Part shown: in pieces, positions 8,650 through 17,026 of the stretch
How the letters are laid out: every line of letters begins with the position of its first letter
Position numbering within the stretch: position 1 is the stretch's first letter
Assembly: GCA_963843805.1 (NCBI GenBank)
Contig: CAWJLY010000001.1
Location: 1,086,777-1,118,776, forward strand
DNA length: 32,000 nt
Reading direction: 5' to 3'
Origin: an uncultured beta proteobacterium
GTDB lineage: Bacteria > Pseudomonadota > Gammaproteobacteria > Burkholderiales > Burkholderiaceae_C
The notes under the pieces: model-generated
The model's input: only the letters and a program-made list of their open reading frames with translations
Database searches by the model: none
Told to the model about the DNA's origin: nothing
Translations under genes and position numbers: made by a program

Positions 8650-8868
8650 GAGCTCGGCCAGCTGACATTGATGGTCATCGCACCGCGGCGCAGTTCGATG
8701 GGCGTGCGTCGAGTCGGCGTGACGGTGGCAGCCAGCGAGTTGCAGCGGCGCGGACTGATCAGCTATCGCCGCGGTGCGATGTCGGTGGTGGATCGTGAGG
8801 GCCTGGAAAACGCCGCCTGCAGTTGTTATGCCGCCGATCAGGCTGTGTATGACCGGCATCTAGGATGA
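8650..8868 (+). pseudogene. C-terminal (HTH) fragment of a Crp/Fnr-family transcriptional regulator; 5-prime part of the gene missing
   Basis: The plus-strand frame reads ...ELGQLTLMVIAPRRSSMGVRRVGVTVAASELQRRGLISYRRGAMSVVDREGLENAACSCYAADQAVYDRHLG*. This matches the Crp/Fnr C-terminal pattern LT.E.LA.MLGVRR.GVT.AA..LQ..GLI.Y.RG...V.DR.GLE..AC.CY......Y.RLL. No cNMP-binding domain lies upstream; the IS66 tnpB begins at 8607. Confidence 0.7.
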
Positions 8869-9131
8869 ACCTCGCATGCGTGCCATCCACGAACCGTTGA
8901 CGATGGTGCAGCGTTGGTGCCAGGTCTGTGCTCTGTCGTTTTGTGATTCCAGCGCCGCGACCCTGCGTCAGTGCAAAACCAGCCAAAGGCGGCAGGCCTT
9001 CCGCCGCACCCAGCACCCGCACGTCCGCTCCAAGCAATTTGATGGATTGTTCAGCCGAATTGACTTGTGGGCAACAGCCACCGTGGCTAGAGTTCACCGA
9101 TCATTCGAGCAAAGATCGGAGATCAAGCCCC

Positions 9132-9722
9132 ATGTCACAGGTCGAAACCCAGAAAACCAGTGTAGCCAGATCCATCAACCGGATGAAAGAGATCCTTGCG
9201 GAGCATGGGCTGCAGCGGGAGAGTCTCAGGCAGGTTCTCGGCTGCGTGGAGGAGCTCGCATCGCACAAGGAGTGGTGGACGCAGCCGCGCTACGCACCGC
9301 CCGGTGAAGGCGAAAACCAGGCGCGCTACCTGATCAGCGAAGACGCAGACCGCGGTTACGCGCTCTATCTCAACGTGATGCTGCCAGGCAAGAAGATCGT
9401 GCCGCACAACCACACGACCTGGGCCTGCATCGCCGCCGTCGAGGGAATCGAACACAACTACGTCTATGACCGTGTGGATGACGACTCGGTGCCGGGCCAC
9501 GGTCAGGTCAAGGAAGCAAAGCGGGTCATCGTTGAACCGGGCAGCGGCATCGCACTGATGCCCGACGACATCCACGCCGTTCAGATCCAGGGCAACATCC
9601 CCATCAGGCATCTGCACATGTATGGTCGGGCGCTCGAGACGCTCGACGAACGCGTCGCTTACGACACCGACGCAGGAACCTACAGGATCATGCCGCTCGG
9701 CGTTGAATCACGCCGCGTTTGA
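9132..9722 (+). CDS. Cupin-fold metalloenzyme, cysteine-dioxygenase-like (thiol dioxygenase family, COG5553-type)
   Basis: Start chosen at ATG 9132 (MSQVETQ) with GGAGA RBS at 9117-9121; the ORF track shows a longer in-frame ORF from 8928. His-rich metal motif [24 protein letters not shown] plus a downstream DDIHAVQ, as in 3-His cupin thiol dioxygenases. Confidence 0.7.
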   Translation: MSQVETQKTSVARSINRMKEILAEHGLQRESLRQVLGCVEELASHKEWWTQPRYAPPGEGENQARYLISEDADRGYALYLNVMLPGKKIVPHNHTTWACIAAVEGIEHNYVYDRVDDDSVPGHGQVKEAKRVIVEPGSGIALMPDDIHAVQIQGNIPIRHLHMYGRALETLDERVAYDTDAGTYRIMPLGVESRRV

Positions 9723-9880
9723 GGATGAGCAGCAGACCAGACAAACCGTCGACCCGGCTGCTCCACGCCGGGCGCGTGACGCGCGGGTGGGTCAACAAGT
9801 CCGCCACACGGGCCAGCACCGTCGTGTTCGAAAGCGTCGCACAGTGGGATCCGCAAGCCCCTTCCACCTGATGCCAGACC

Positions 9881-11503
9881 ATGAGTTCACGCCCCTCTTC
9901 CGCTGTTGCGAGCGTTGATGCTGCGGTCTTGAAAGGCTGGCTGCACGACGGCGGCGAAATCGCACTGCTCGACGTGCGCGAGCACGGTCAATTCGGCGAA
10001 TCTCACCTCTTCTACGCCGTGTCCCTGCCCTACAGCCGGCTCGAGATCGATGTGCGCCGGCTGGTGCCGCGCCTCGCCACCCGCGTGGTTGTGCATGACG
10101 AGGGCGGCGACGCCGGCGACATCGCGTCGCGTGCCGCAGCCCACCTGCTGGCGCTGGGTTATGAAGCGGTGCATGTGCTGCAAGGTGGCATCGCGGCCTG
10201 GCGCGCGGCCGGTTTCGCCTGCTTTTCCGGGGTCAACGTGCCGAGCAAGACTTTCGGCGAACTCGCAGAGATCGCTTTCCACACACCGCGCATCGGTGCA
10301 CGCGAGCTGGCCGATCGGGTCGCGCGCGGCGACGACCTGATCATTCTCGACGGACGTCCGCTGACCGAGTTCAGCAAGATGAATATTCCCGGCGGCATCT
10401 GCTGCCCGAATGGCGAACTCGCGTTGCGCGCCGAGGCGCTCGCACCCGATCCGGCGACGACGATCGTGATCAATTGCGCCGGTCGTACCCGCAGCATCAT
10501 CGGCGCTCAGACCTTGATCAACATGGGCGTGCCAAACACCGTGCTGGCACTCGAGAACGGGACCCAAGGCTGGTTCCTCGAAGGTCTGCCACTGGAGCAT
10601 GGTGCATCGCGTCGCCATTCCGATGAACCCGATTCGGCCCGCTTGACGCGACAACGCGCCAACGCGCTTGCGCTGGCAGATCGATTCGGCGTCAGGTCGA
10701 TCGACGCCGCGCAACTGGGTGCGTGGCTCGGCGACAGCGGCCGAACCACGGTGCTCTGCGATGTGCGGACGGCCGAGGAGTTTGCACGCGGAACGTTGCC
10801 ACATGCGCAGCACACGCCCGGCGGGCAATTGCTGCAGGCGACAGATCAATATGTGGGCGTGCGCAAGGCGCGGCTGGTTCTGTTCGATGGCGAGATGGTG
10901 CGCGCGCCGGCCATCGCGAGCTGGCTCGTTCAGATGGGTTGGGACGCCAGCGTACTGCGAGTCGGCCCGGCTGCGCTGGAGCGCATGGCACCGCGCCCCG
11001 ACGACCGGGTACAAGCGTCGGTACCCCTCACCGATCCGGTGGTCGTTGCCGCAGATCTGCCCACGGCGATCGGCATGGGCGCGCGTCTGATCGACGTTCG
11101 AGCCAGTAGCAAATTCAGGTCGGGACATCTCGACGGCGCGGTCTGGGCGATTCGTCCTCGACTTGGCGACGCTCAGGTCGCAGCGGGCGATCGCGTCGTT
11201 CTCATCGCGGATGACGCAGGCGTGGCTGCGCTGGCAGCCAGGGAACTCCGCGCATTGGTGGGCACCGACCTGTCAGTGTCGGTCAATCTGGACGGACCGA
11301 CTGCCTGGTCGCGTGTGGGTCTGCGAGTGCTCGGCACCCCGGACATGCCCAGCGACCGTGACTGCATCGACTACCTCTTTTTTGTGCATGACCGGCACGA
11401 TGGAAACCGTGCGGCGGCCCTTCAATACCTGGCTTGGGAGACCAATCTTGTCAAGCAGATCGACGCCATGGAACTGGCCGAGTTTCGCTTCGGGTCGCAC
11501 TGA
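9881..11503 (+). CDS. Multi-domain rhodanese-like sulfurtransferase (about four tandem rhodanese folds, one with a catalytic Cys loop)
   Basis: 540 aa. Repeated rhodanese-like modules (LLDVREHGQFGESHL; ILDGRPLTEFSKMNIPGG; LCDVRTAEEFARGTLPHAQH; LIDVRASSKFRSGHLDGA). Only the second carries a CxxxxR active-site loop (NCAGRTRS). Confidence 0.85.
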   Translation: MSSRPSSAVASVDAAVLKGWLHDGGEIALLDVREHGQFGESHLFYAVSLPYSRLEIDVRRLVPRLATRVVVHDEGGDAGDIASRAAAHLLALGYEAVHVLQGGIAAWRAAGFACFSGVNVPSKTFGELAEIAFHTPRIGARELADRVARGDDLIILDGRPLTEFSKMNIPGGICCPNGELALRAEALAPDPATTIVINCAGRTRSIIGAQTLINMGVPNTVLALENGTQGWFLEGLPLEHGASRRHSDEPDSARLTRQRANALALADRFGVRSIDAAQLGAWLGDSGRTTVLCDVRTAEEFARGTLPHAQHTPGGQLLQATDQYVGVRKARLVLFDGEMVRAPAIASWLVQMGWDASVLRVGPAALERMAPRPDDRVQASVPLTDPVVVAADLPTAIGMGARLIDVRASSKFRSGHLDGAVWAIRPRLGDAQVAAGDRVVLIADDAGVAALAARELRALVGTDLSVSVNLDGPTAWSRVGLRVLGTPDMPSDRDCIDYLFFVHDRHDGNRAAALQYLAWETNLVKQIDAMELAEFRFGSH

Positions 11504-11595
11504 AACTTGACATGCTGACGATATCGAGCAGCGATGACGGTTCACTTCGATGCTGACCCGGGCCCTTCATTTTTTCACTCCGACCACGTGACGGA

Positions 11596-12033
11596 TTGAT
11601 GCATGAACCGTATCGACCAAGCCCGCCGGATCGTGGCGTGTGCGCAATGCTCGCCAGCGGTTTGGTGGCCTTCAACGACGCCGCGGCGACCCCGCGTCTG
11701 CGCTGTGAGCTCGACCAAGGCGGCCAACTCTGGCAATTCGAGTTCGCGCCAACGCAGGATCCGTACACACCACGCCCGATCGACATTGGCCGACACTTCC
11801 GCTTCAAGGCCGTCCTGATCGGCAACGACGCAATGGTCGACTACATCAAGCTCTACGTCTACTTTCAAACTGCGCGCCAGCCGGTGCTGCTACAGCAGCT
11901 GACCTACCAGGCCCCGCAGATGCAGACCGAAGAGGCTGGACCACATGCACTGACCGGAACCGTTGACGTCTATTCACCCTATCTCGGGCGCCAGTTGCGC
12001 TTCGGCTGTGCGCTGCGCGAGGTGCTGCCGTGA
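11596..12033 (+). CDS. Hypothetical protein with no recognisable domain, translationally coupled to the CapA-family gene
   Basis: 145-aa ORF (TTG 11596 or ATG 11599; alternative ATG 11647). The frame is closed upstream by TGA at 11554. Its stop overlaps the next gene start (GTGA at 12030-12033). Composition is not the Arg/Ala-rich pattern of antisense artefacts. Confidence 0.5.
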   Translation: MMHEPYRPSPPDRGVCAMLASGLVAFNDAAATPRLRCELDQGGQLWQFEFAPTQDPYTPRPIDIGRHFRFKAVLIGNDAMVDYIKLYVYFQTARQPVLLQQLTYQAPQMQTEEAGPHALTGTVDVYSPYLGRQLRFGCALREVLP

Positions 12034-13025
12034 AGGGTCTATCCGGGTGTGACTGGCTTGTCATGGTTGTGATCCTGGCAGCGATAACCGGGAGCGCTTC
12101 GGCACAGAATGCAGAGCCGCCTCGCGTTTCGATGATCTTCGTTGGCGACCTCATGCTCGACGACACCCCCGGACGGGTCATCCGTCGAGGGCGCGACCCG
12201 CTGGCACCATTTGCCGCGGAGCTCGCGAATGCCGACATCCGCATCGGCAATCTCGAATGCGTCGTCGCGACGATCGGCAGCGCCGAGCCCGACAAACCCT
12301 ATACCTTTCGTGCCAATCCCCGTGTGCTGAAGGTACTCAAACACCGATTCGACGCGCTCAGTCTGGCCAACAACCACTCAGGCGATTTCGGACCGGCGGC
12401 ATTCGCGCAGATGTTGCGATTGCTGGATCGCAGCGGCATCGCCTATTTCGGCGGCGGCCTCGATCTGACCAGCGCACATACCCCGCTGATTGTCGAGCGG
12501 CGTGGGCTGAGGATTGCATTGCTGGGCTACAACGAGTTTTTTCCGCGCCACTTCGAGGCCGATGCCGACAAGCCGGGCGTCGCCTGGAGTGAAGACGAGC
12601 AGGTGCGACTGGACATCGCACGCGCTCGCCGCGCGCACCAAGCCGACGTGGTGATTCCCTTCATGCACTGGGGTTGGGAGGACGAGCCGTTGGCAAGCGC
12701 ACGCCAGCGCCAGCTTGCGAAGTTGATGATCGACGCCGGCGCCGACGCGGTGATCGGCAGCCACCCGCATGTGACACAGGACATCGAGTTCCACCGTGGC
12801 AAACCGATTGTCTACAGCCTCGGCAATTTCGTGTTCGACGGCTTCAAAGGCAAAGCAAACAATACCGGTTGGTTGTTGCGGCTCGAACTCGACCGTGACG
12901 GCGTGGCTGCCTGGCGAACCGTGGTCGCGCGACTCGATCACGAAGGCACGCCGCACCCGGATCGCAGTTCGCCTGGAGAATGCTGGACGCGCGGCATGGT
13001 GCGACAGAGCGTGTGTGCCAGATGA
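12030..13025 (+). CDS. CapA-family protein (PGA_cap, metallophosphatase-like; poly-gamma-glutamate capsule synthesis family)
   Basis: 331 aa. Signal peptide (LVMVVILAAITGSASAQ). Motifs FVGDLMLDD, GNLECVV, LANNHSGDFG, HWGWEDE, GSHPHV, YSLGNFVFD are typical of CapA/PGA_cap proteins. Confidence 0.85.
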   Translation: MKGLSGCDWLVMVVILAAITGSASAQNAEPPRVSMIFVGDLMLDDTPGRVIRRGRDPLAPFAAELANADIRIGNLECVVATIGSAEPDKPYTFRANPRVLKVLKHRFDALSLANNHSGDFGPAAFAQMLRLLDRSGIAYFGGGLDLTSAHTPLIVERRGLRIALLGYNEFFPRHFEADADKPGVAWSEDEQVRLDIARARRAHQADVVIPFMHWGWEDEPLASARQRQLAKLMIDAGADAVIGSHPHVTQDIEFHRGKPIVYSLGNFVFDGFKGKANNTGWLLRLELDRDGVAAWRTVVARLDHEGTPHPDRSSPGECWTRGMVRQSVCAR

Positions 13026-13191
13026 CCGCCAGTGCCGACGGATAAAAGACACTCAGCCGTCATCCTTGTCGCTTTGCCTCAACGCGCAAGACAGAGCGCA
13101 GGCCGAAGCTGTCGGCAGCCGTGATCCGATCGTCAGGCCATCAGCAAGGCTCGCTGACCAAGGATGGAGCTGCGCCAGCGATCGCCCCGCC

Positions 13192-13222
13192 ACAAAGCAA
13201 AACGCCGACCATCGGGTCGGCG
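13192..13222 (-). terminator. Rho-independent terminator downstream of tRNA-fMet (end of the rplQ/tRNA transcript)
   Basis: Minus-strand reading: CGCCGACC-CGAT-GGTCGGCG (8-bp perfect stem, 13203-13222) followed by TTTTGCTTTG (13192-13202). Confidence 0.55.
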
Positions 13223-13261
13223 TGTGCCAATTCTTAACTTATTGTTTTTGTTCGAGAATTT

Positions 13262-13338
<77 letters not shown>

Positions 13339-13402
13339 ACTGAGTCAGTGACTATAACACATCTGGCGATCCACTAGGGATAAACCAGAAGGTCGTCGTC
13401 GA

Positions 13403-13798
13403 TTATTCAGTGTCACCGTCCGCAGCGACGGTTTCGACGTCGGGGCGATCGACCAGTTCGACGAAGGCCATCGGGGCGTTGTCGCCATGCCGGAAACCCA
13501 TTTTCAGGATCCGCGTATAGCCACCCGGACGCGCGTTGTAGCGCGGGCCGAGTTCATTGAACAGCTTGCTGACGACATCGCGGTCGCGCGTGCGATTGAA
13601 CGCCAGGCGGCGGTTCGCCAGCGTGGCTTCCTTGGCCAACGTGATCAGCGGCTCGACGACGCGGCGCAGTTCCTTGGCCTTGGGGACGGTGGTCTTGATC
13701 GCCTCGTGGGTGATCAGCGAGTTGCACATGTTGCGCAGCATCGCTTGGCGATGCTCCGAGGTGCGGTTGAGTTTGCGAAGTCCGTGACGGTGGCGCAT
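13403..13798 (-). CDS. rplQ: 50S ribosomal protein L17
   Basis: 131 aa, [24 protein letters not shown]..., the canonical L17 N-terminus. Last gene of the alpha operon. Confidence 0.97.
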   Translation of the reverse strand: MRHRHGLRKLNRTSEHRQAMLRNMCNSLITHEAIKTTVPKAKELRRVVEPLITLAKEATLANRRLAFNRTRDRDVVSKLFNELGPRYNARPGGYTRILKMGFRHGDNAPMAFVELVDRPDVETVAADGDTE

Positions 13799-13978
13799 GG
13801 TGCGTTCCTTTTCGTGTTGATGCCGGCAGCCGTATCAGGTACTGCCGGTTGCGGTGGGCTGCCGCTGATGTGTTGAAGCCCCTTGCTCGACCGCGTGAGC
13901 GGTTGTCATCCAATGACGGCCGATGGCTGTCCAGAGGTAGCCAAGCCCCAGACTATCGGAGCCTCAAATGTTCCGGGC

Positions 13979-14971
13979 CTACCTTTTATCCAATCCCTGC
14001 GGCGGCCAGTTCTCCAGCCGCGCACCGAGCGTCAGCCCGCGCGAAGCCAGCACTTCCTTGATCTCGTTGAGCGACTTGCGGCCCAGGTTCGGCGTCTTCA
14101 GCAATTCGGTCTCGGTGCGCTGGATCAGATCGCCGATGTAATAGATATTTTCGGCTTTCAGGCAGTTGGCCGAACGCACCGTCAGCTCGAGCTCGTCGAC
14201 CGGGCGCAGCAGCAACGGATCGATCGTCGATTGCGATTCACGCGATTTGCCCGGCAGATTGTTCAGATCGATCTCGTGCTCGAGGCCGACAAAGATCATC
14301 AGCTGCTCGACCAGGATCTTCGCCGATGCACGGATCGCTTCTTCCGGCGAAACAGCGCCGTTGGTGACGATTTCCATCACCAGCTTGTCGAGGTCGGTGC
14401 GCTGCTCGACACGGGCGCTCTCGACCGTATAGCTGACGCGCGCGACCGGCGAGAACGAGGCATCGAGGACGATGCGGCCGATCGACTTGGTCGGCTCGTC
14501 GCCATAGCGGCGCATCGTGCCGGGCACATAGCCGCGGCCTTTCTCGACCTTGATCTGCATGTCGAGCTTGCCGCCTTGCGACAGGTTGGCGATCACATGC
14601 TCGGGGTTGATGATCTCGACATCATGCGGTACCTGGATATCGGCCGCGGTGACCGGGCCTTCACCCTCCTTGCGCACGACGAGCGTGACTTCGTCGCGGT
14701 TGTGCAGGCGAAACACGACGCCCTTCAGGTTCAGCATGATGTGGACGACGTCTTCCTGCACGCCGTCGATCGCCGAGTATTCGTGCAGCACGCCGGCGAT
14801 CGTCACTTCGGTCGGCGCATAGCCGACCATCGACGACAGCAGCACGCGGCGCAGCGCGTTGCCCAGCGTGTGGCCATAACCACGCTCGAAGGGCTCGAGG
14901 GTGACTTTGGCCCGATTGGTACCGAGCGGTTCAACTTGAATGGCTTTGGGTTTGAGCAAATTCGTTTGCAT
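13979..14971 (-). CDS. rpoA: DNA-directed RNA polymerase subunit alpha
   Basis: 330 aa, [49 protein letters not shown]-terminal domain motif [21 protein letters not shown]. Confidence 0.98.
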   Translation of the reverse strand: MQTNLLKPKAIQVEPLGTNRAKVTLEPFERGYGHTLGNALRRVLLSSMVGYAPTEVTIAGVLHEYSAIDGVQEDVVHIMLNLKGVVFRLHNRDEVTLVVRKEGEGPVTAADIQVPHDVEIINPEHVIANLSQGGKLDMQIKVEKGRGYVPGTMRRYGDEPTKSIGRIVLDASFSPVARVSYTVESARVEQRTDLDKLVMEIVTNGAVSPEEAIRASAKILVEQLMIFVGLEHEIDLNNLPGKSRESQSTIDPLLLRPVDELELTVRSANCLKAENIYYIGDLIQRTETELLKTPNLGRKSLNEIKEVLASRGLTLGARLENWPPQGLDKR

Positions 14972-15123
14972 GAGGTCTTTCTTTCAATACCCTCGGTTCG
15001 TTACACCGATAAGGCTGAGGGACCGGCCAGTCGAGGCATGTTGTGCACACCCCGAACTGGCGACCAATAAACAGAGCCAATGGCAACTGGCGGCCGACGA
15101 GCCACCAGCGCTTCGAGACAGGA

Positions 15124-15748
15124 TCAGCGCGAATACAACTCGACGATCAGCGCTTCCTTGATGTCGCCACCAAACTCGTCGCGATCAGGGGTCTTCTTGA
15201 AGACGCCTTCGAGCTTCGAGGTGTCGAGCTGAATCCAGGCCGGCAGGCCGATCGATTCGGCCAGCTTCACCGCAGTCGACGATGCGCAATTGCTTCTTCG
15301 ACTTCTCGCGAACGGCGACGGTGTCACCGGCCTTGACGAGATAGGACGCGATGTTGACGACCGATCCATTGACCTCGATCGACTTGTGCGACACCAGTTG
15401 CCGTGCCTCGGCACGGGTCGAACCGAAGCCCATGCGATAGACGACGTTGTCGAGCCGCGATTCGAGCAGCATCAGCAGGTTGGCGCCGGTGTTGCCGCGG
15501 CGACGCTCGGCCTCGGCAAAATAGCGGCGGAACTGGCGCTCGAGCACGCCGTACATGCGCTTGACTTTCTGCTTCTCGCGCAGCTGCAGGCCGAAATCCG
15601 ACGTCCGCGAACCCGAGGTGCGGCCATGCTGGCCCGGCTTGCTGTCGAACTTCGACTTGTCGCCGATCGGGCGGCGCGCGCTCTTCAGGAAAAGGTCGGT
15701 GCCTTCACGGCGGGAAAGTTTGGCCTTGGGGCCGAGATAACGTGCCAC
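15124..15748 (-). pseudogene. rpsD: 30S ribosomal protein S4, reading frame interrupted by a 1-nt excess near 15271-15275
   Basis: ORF 15185-15748 gives [20 protein letters not shown]...[13 protein letters not shown] and then nonsense. ORF 15124-15414 in another frame supplies the authentic end [49 protein letters not shown]. Total span is 625 nt, which is 3n+1. Junction on the minus strand: GTC GAC [T] GCG GTG AAG. Confidence 0.9.
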
Positions 15749-15836
15749 GTTGCTTCCTTGTTCAATCTGACGCAGGCACCGGGCTTGCGCGAGTCTGGCG
15801 AGTGTTGTTGTAGGCGCTCAGACGGTGGGCTTAAAC

Positions 15837-15881
15837 GAAGCCGGCCGAACCCCGCGGGGCCCATGGTTGATGGCCGGCTTC
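15837..15881. repeat. Long stem-loop in the rpsK-rpsD spacer (10-bp perfect stem GAAGCCGGCC / GGCCGGCTTC; loop contains CCCCGCGGGG)
   Basis: Read directly. Left arm 15837-15846, right arm 15872-15881, palindrome CCCCGCGGGG at 15850-15859. A second nested hairpin GACGG-A-GCCC-GAG-GGGC-CA-CCGTC lies at 15894-15917. Confidence 0.6.
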
Positions 15882-15952
15882 AACACAAATGCCGACGGAG
15901 CCCGAGGGGCCACCGTCGACACGGGGAAAACGAAAGATCGCGTGTTGCGCAA

Positions 15953-16354
15953 TCAGATGCGACGACGCTTCTGCGGGCGGCAGCCGTTGTGCGGAACCGG
16001 CGTCACGTCGGAAATGACATTGATGCGGATGCCCAGCGAAGCCAATGCACGTACCGACGACTCGCGACCCGGACCCGGGCCCTTGATCCGCACGTCGAGG
16101 GTCTTGATGCCTTGTTCTTGTGCCGCACGACCAGCCGATTCGGCTGCCACCTGAGCCGCAAACGGCGTGCTCTTGCGCGAACCCTTGAAACCCTGGCCGC
16201 CACTGGACGCCCACGACAAGGCGCCGCCCTGGCGGTCGGTGATGGTGATGATGGTGTTGTTGAACGACGCATGCACGTGCGCGATGCCGTCCGCAATATT
16301 CTTGCGGGCTTTCTTGCGGACACGTTGGGCGGCGGTATTGGGTGCTTTTGCCAT
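15953..16354 (-). CDS. rpsK: 30S ribosomal protein S11
   Basis: 133 aa, ...[31 protein letters not shown]...[16 protein letters not shown]. Confidence 0.97.
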   Translation of the reverse strand: MAKAPNTAAQRVRKKARKNIADGIAHVHASFNNTIITITDRQGGALSWASSGGQGFKGSRKSTPFAAQVAAESAGRAAQEQGIKTLDVRIKGPGPGRESSVRALASLGIRINVISDVTPVPHNGCRPQKRRRI

Positions 16355-16434
16355 TTGAAACTTTCTCTGCTACGGGGCGTCGGTGGGCGTCGCGGCGATC
16401 GGGATCGACGATCAGATCGCTGCGAAGCCGGCGA

Positions 16435-16800
16435 TCATTTCTTCACCAGTGCACCGGATTTGCGCGGGCCCTTGCGGGTACGTGCATTGGTCTTGGTACG
16501 TTGACCACGCACCGGCAGACCACGGCGATGACGGAAACCACGATAACAGCCGAGGTCCATCAGGCGCTTGATGTTGATCGACATCTCGCGGCGCAGATCG
16601 CCCTCGATCGTCATGCGGCCGATTTCTTCCCGGATCTTTTCCAGGTCGCCGTCGGTCAGATCCTTGATCTTGCGGTCCAGCGGAACGCCAGCGTTGTTGC
16701 AGATCTTCTGCGCGGTGGTCCGTCCGATGCCGTAGATCGACGTCAAGCCGATCTCCGCATGTTTGTGGGGCGGAATGTTGATACCAGCGATGCGTGCCAT
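16435..16800 (-). CDS. rpsM: 30S ribosomal protein S13
   Basis: 121 aa, [34 protein letters not shown]... Confidence 0.97.
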   Translation of the reverse strand: MARIAGINIPPHKHAEIGLTSIYGIGRTTAQKICNNAGVPLDRKIKDLTDGDLEKIREEIGRMTIEGDLRREMSINIKRLMDLGCYRGFRHRRGLPVRGQRTKTNARTRKGPRKSGALVKK

Positions 16801-16833
16801 AAACGTCCTCTCAATTCTTCGTCGTCGTCAGGA

Positions 16834-16947
16834 TCAACCCTGGCGCTGCTTGTGGCGCGGGTCGGTGCAGATAACCCGAACCACACCCTTGCGACGGATT
16901 ACCTTGCAATGCCGGCACATCTTCTTCACCGATGCTGCAACCTTCAT
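16834..16947 (-). CDS. rpmJ: 50S ribosomal protein L36
   Basis: Not in the ORF track (37 aa). Manual translation gives [47 protein letters not shown] lies upstream of the ATG at 16947. Confidence 0.93.
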   Translation of the reverse strand: MKVAASVKKMCRHCKVIRRKGVVRVICTDPRHKQRQG

Positions 16948-17026
16948 GCTCTTCTCCAATGTCCTCGCGGACCGGTTATCAATCTTCGCCAGAAACAGGT
17001 GCCGCGCGCGAGCACCCCGTCGTTCA

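Noticed and set aside
8617-8859. 80-aa minus-strand ORF in the position where IS66 tnpA would be expected
   Set aside because: The translation has no resemblance to IS66 Orf1. The opposite strand reads as an unmistakable Crp/Fnr HTH C-terminus, so this ORF is an antisense artefact.
9887-11128. 413-aa minus-strand ORF
   Set aside because: It is antisense to the multi-rhodanese gene and has no motifs.
16948-17026. Missing infA between secY and rpmJ
   Set aside because: The 79-nt spacer cannot hold infA. Its absence here is a gene-order variant (infA is presumably elsewhere) and cannot be evaluated from this window.
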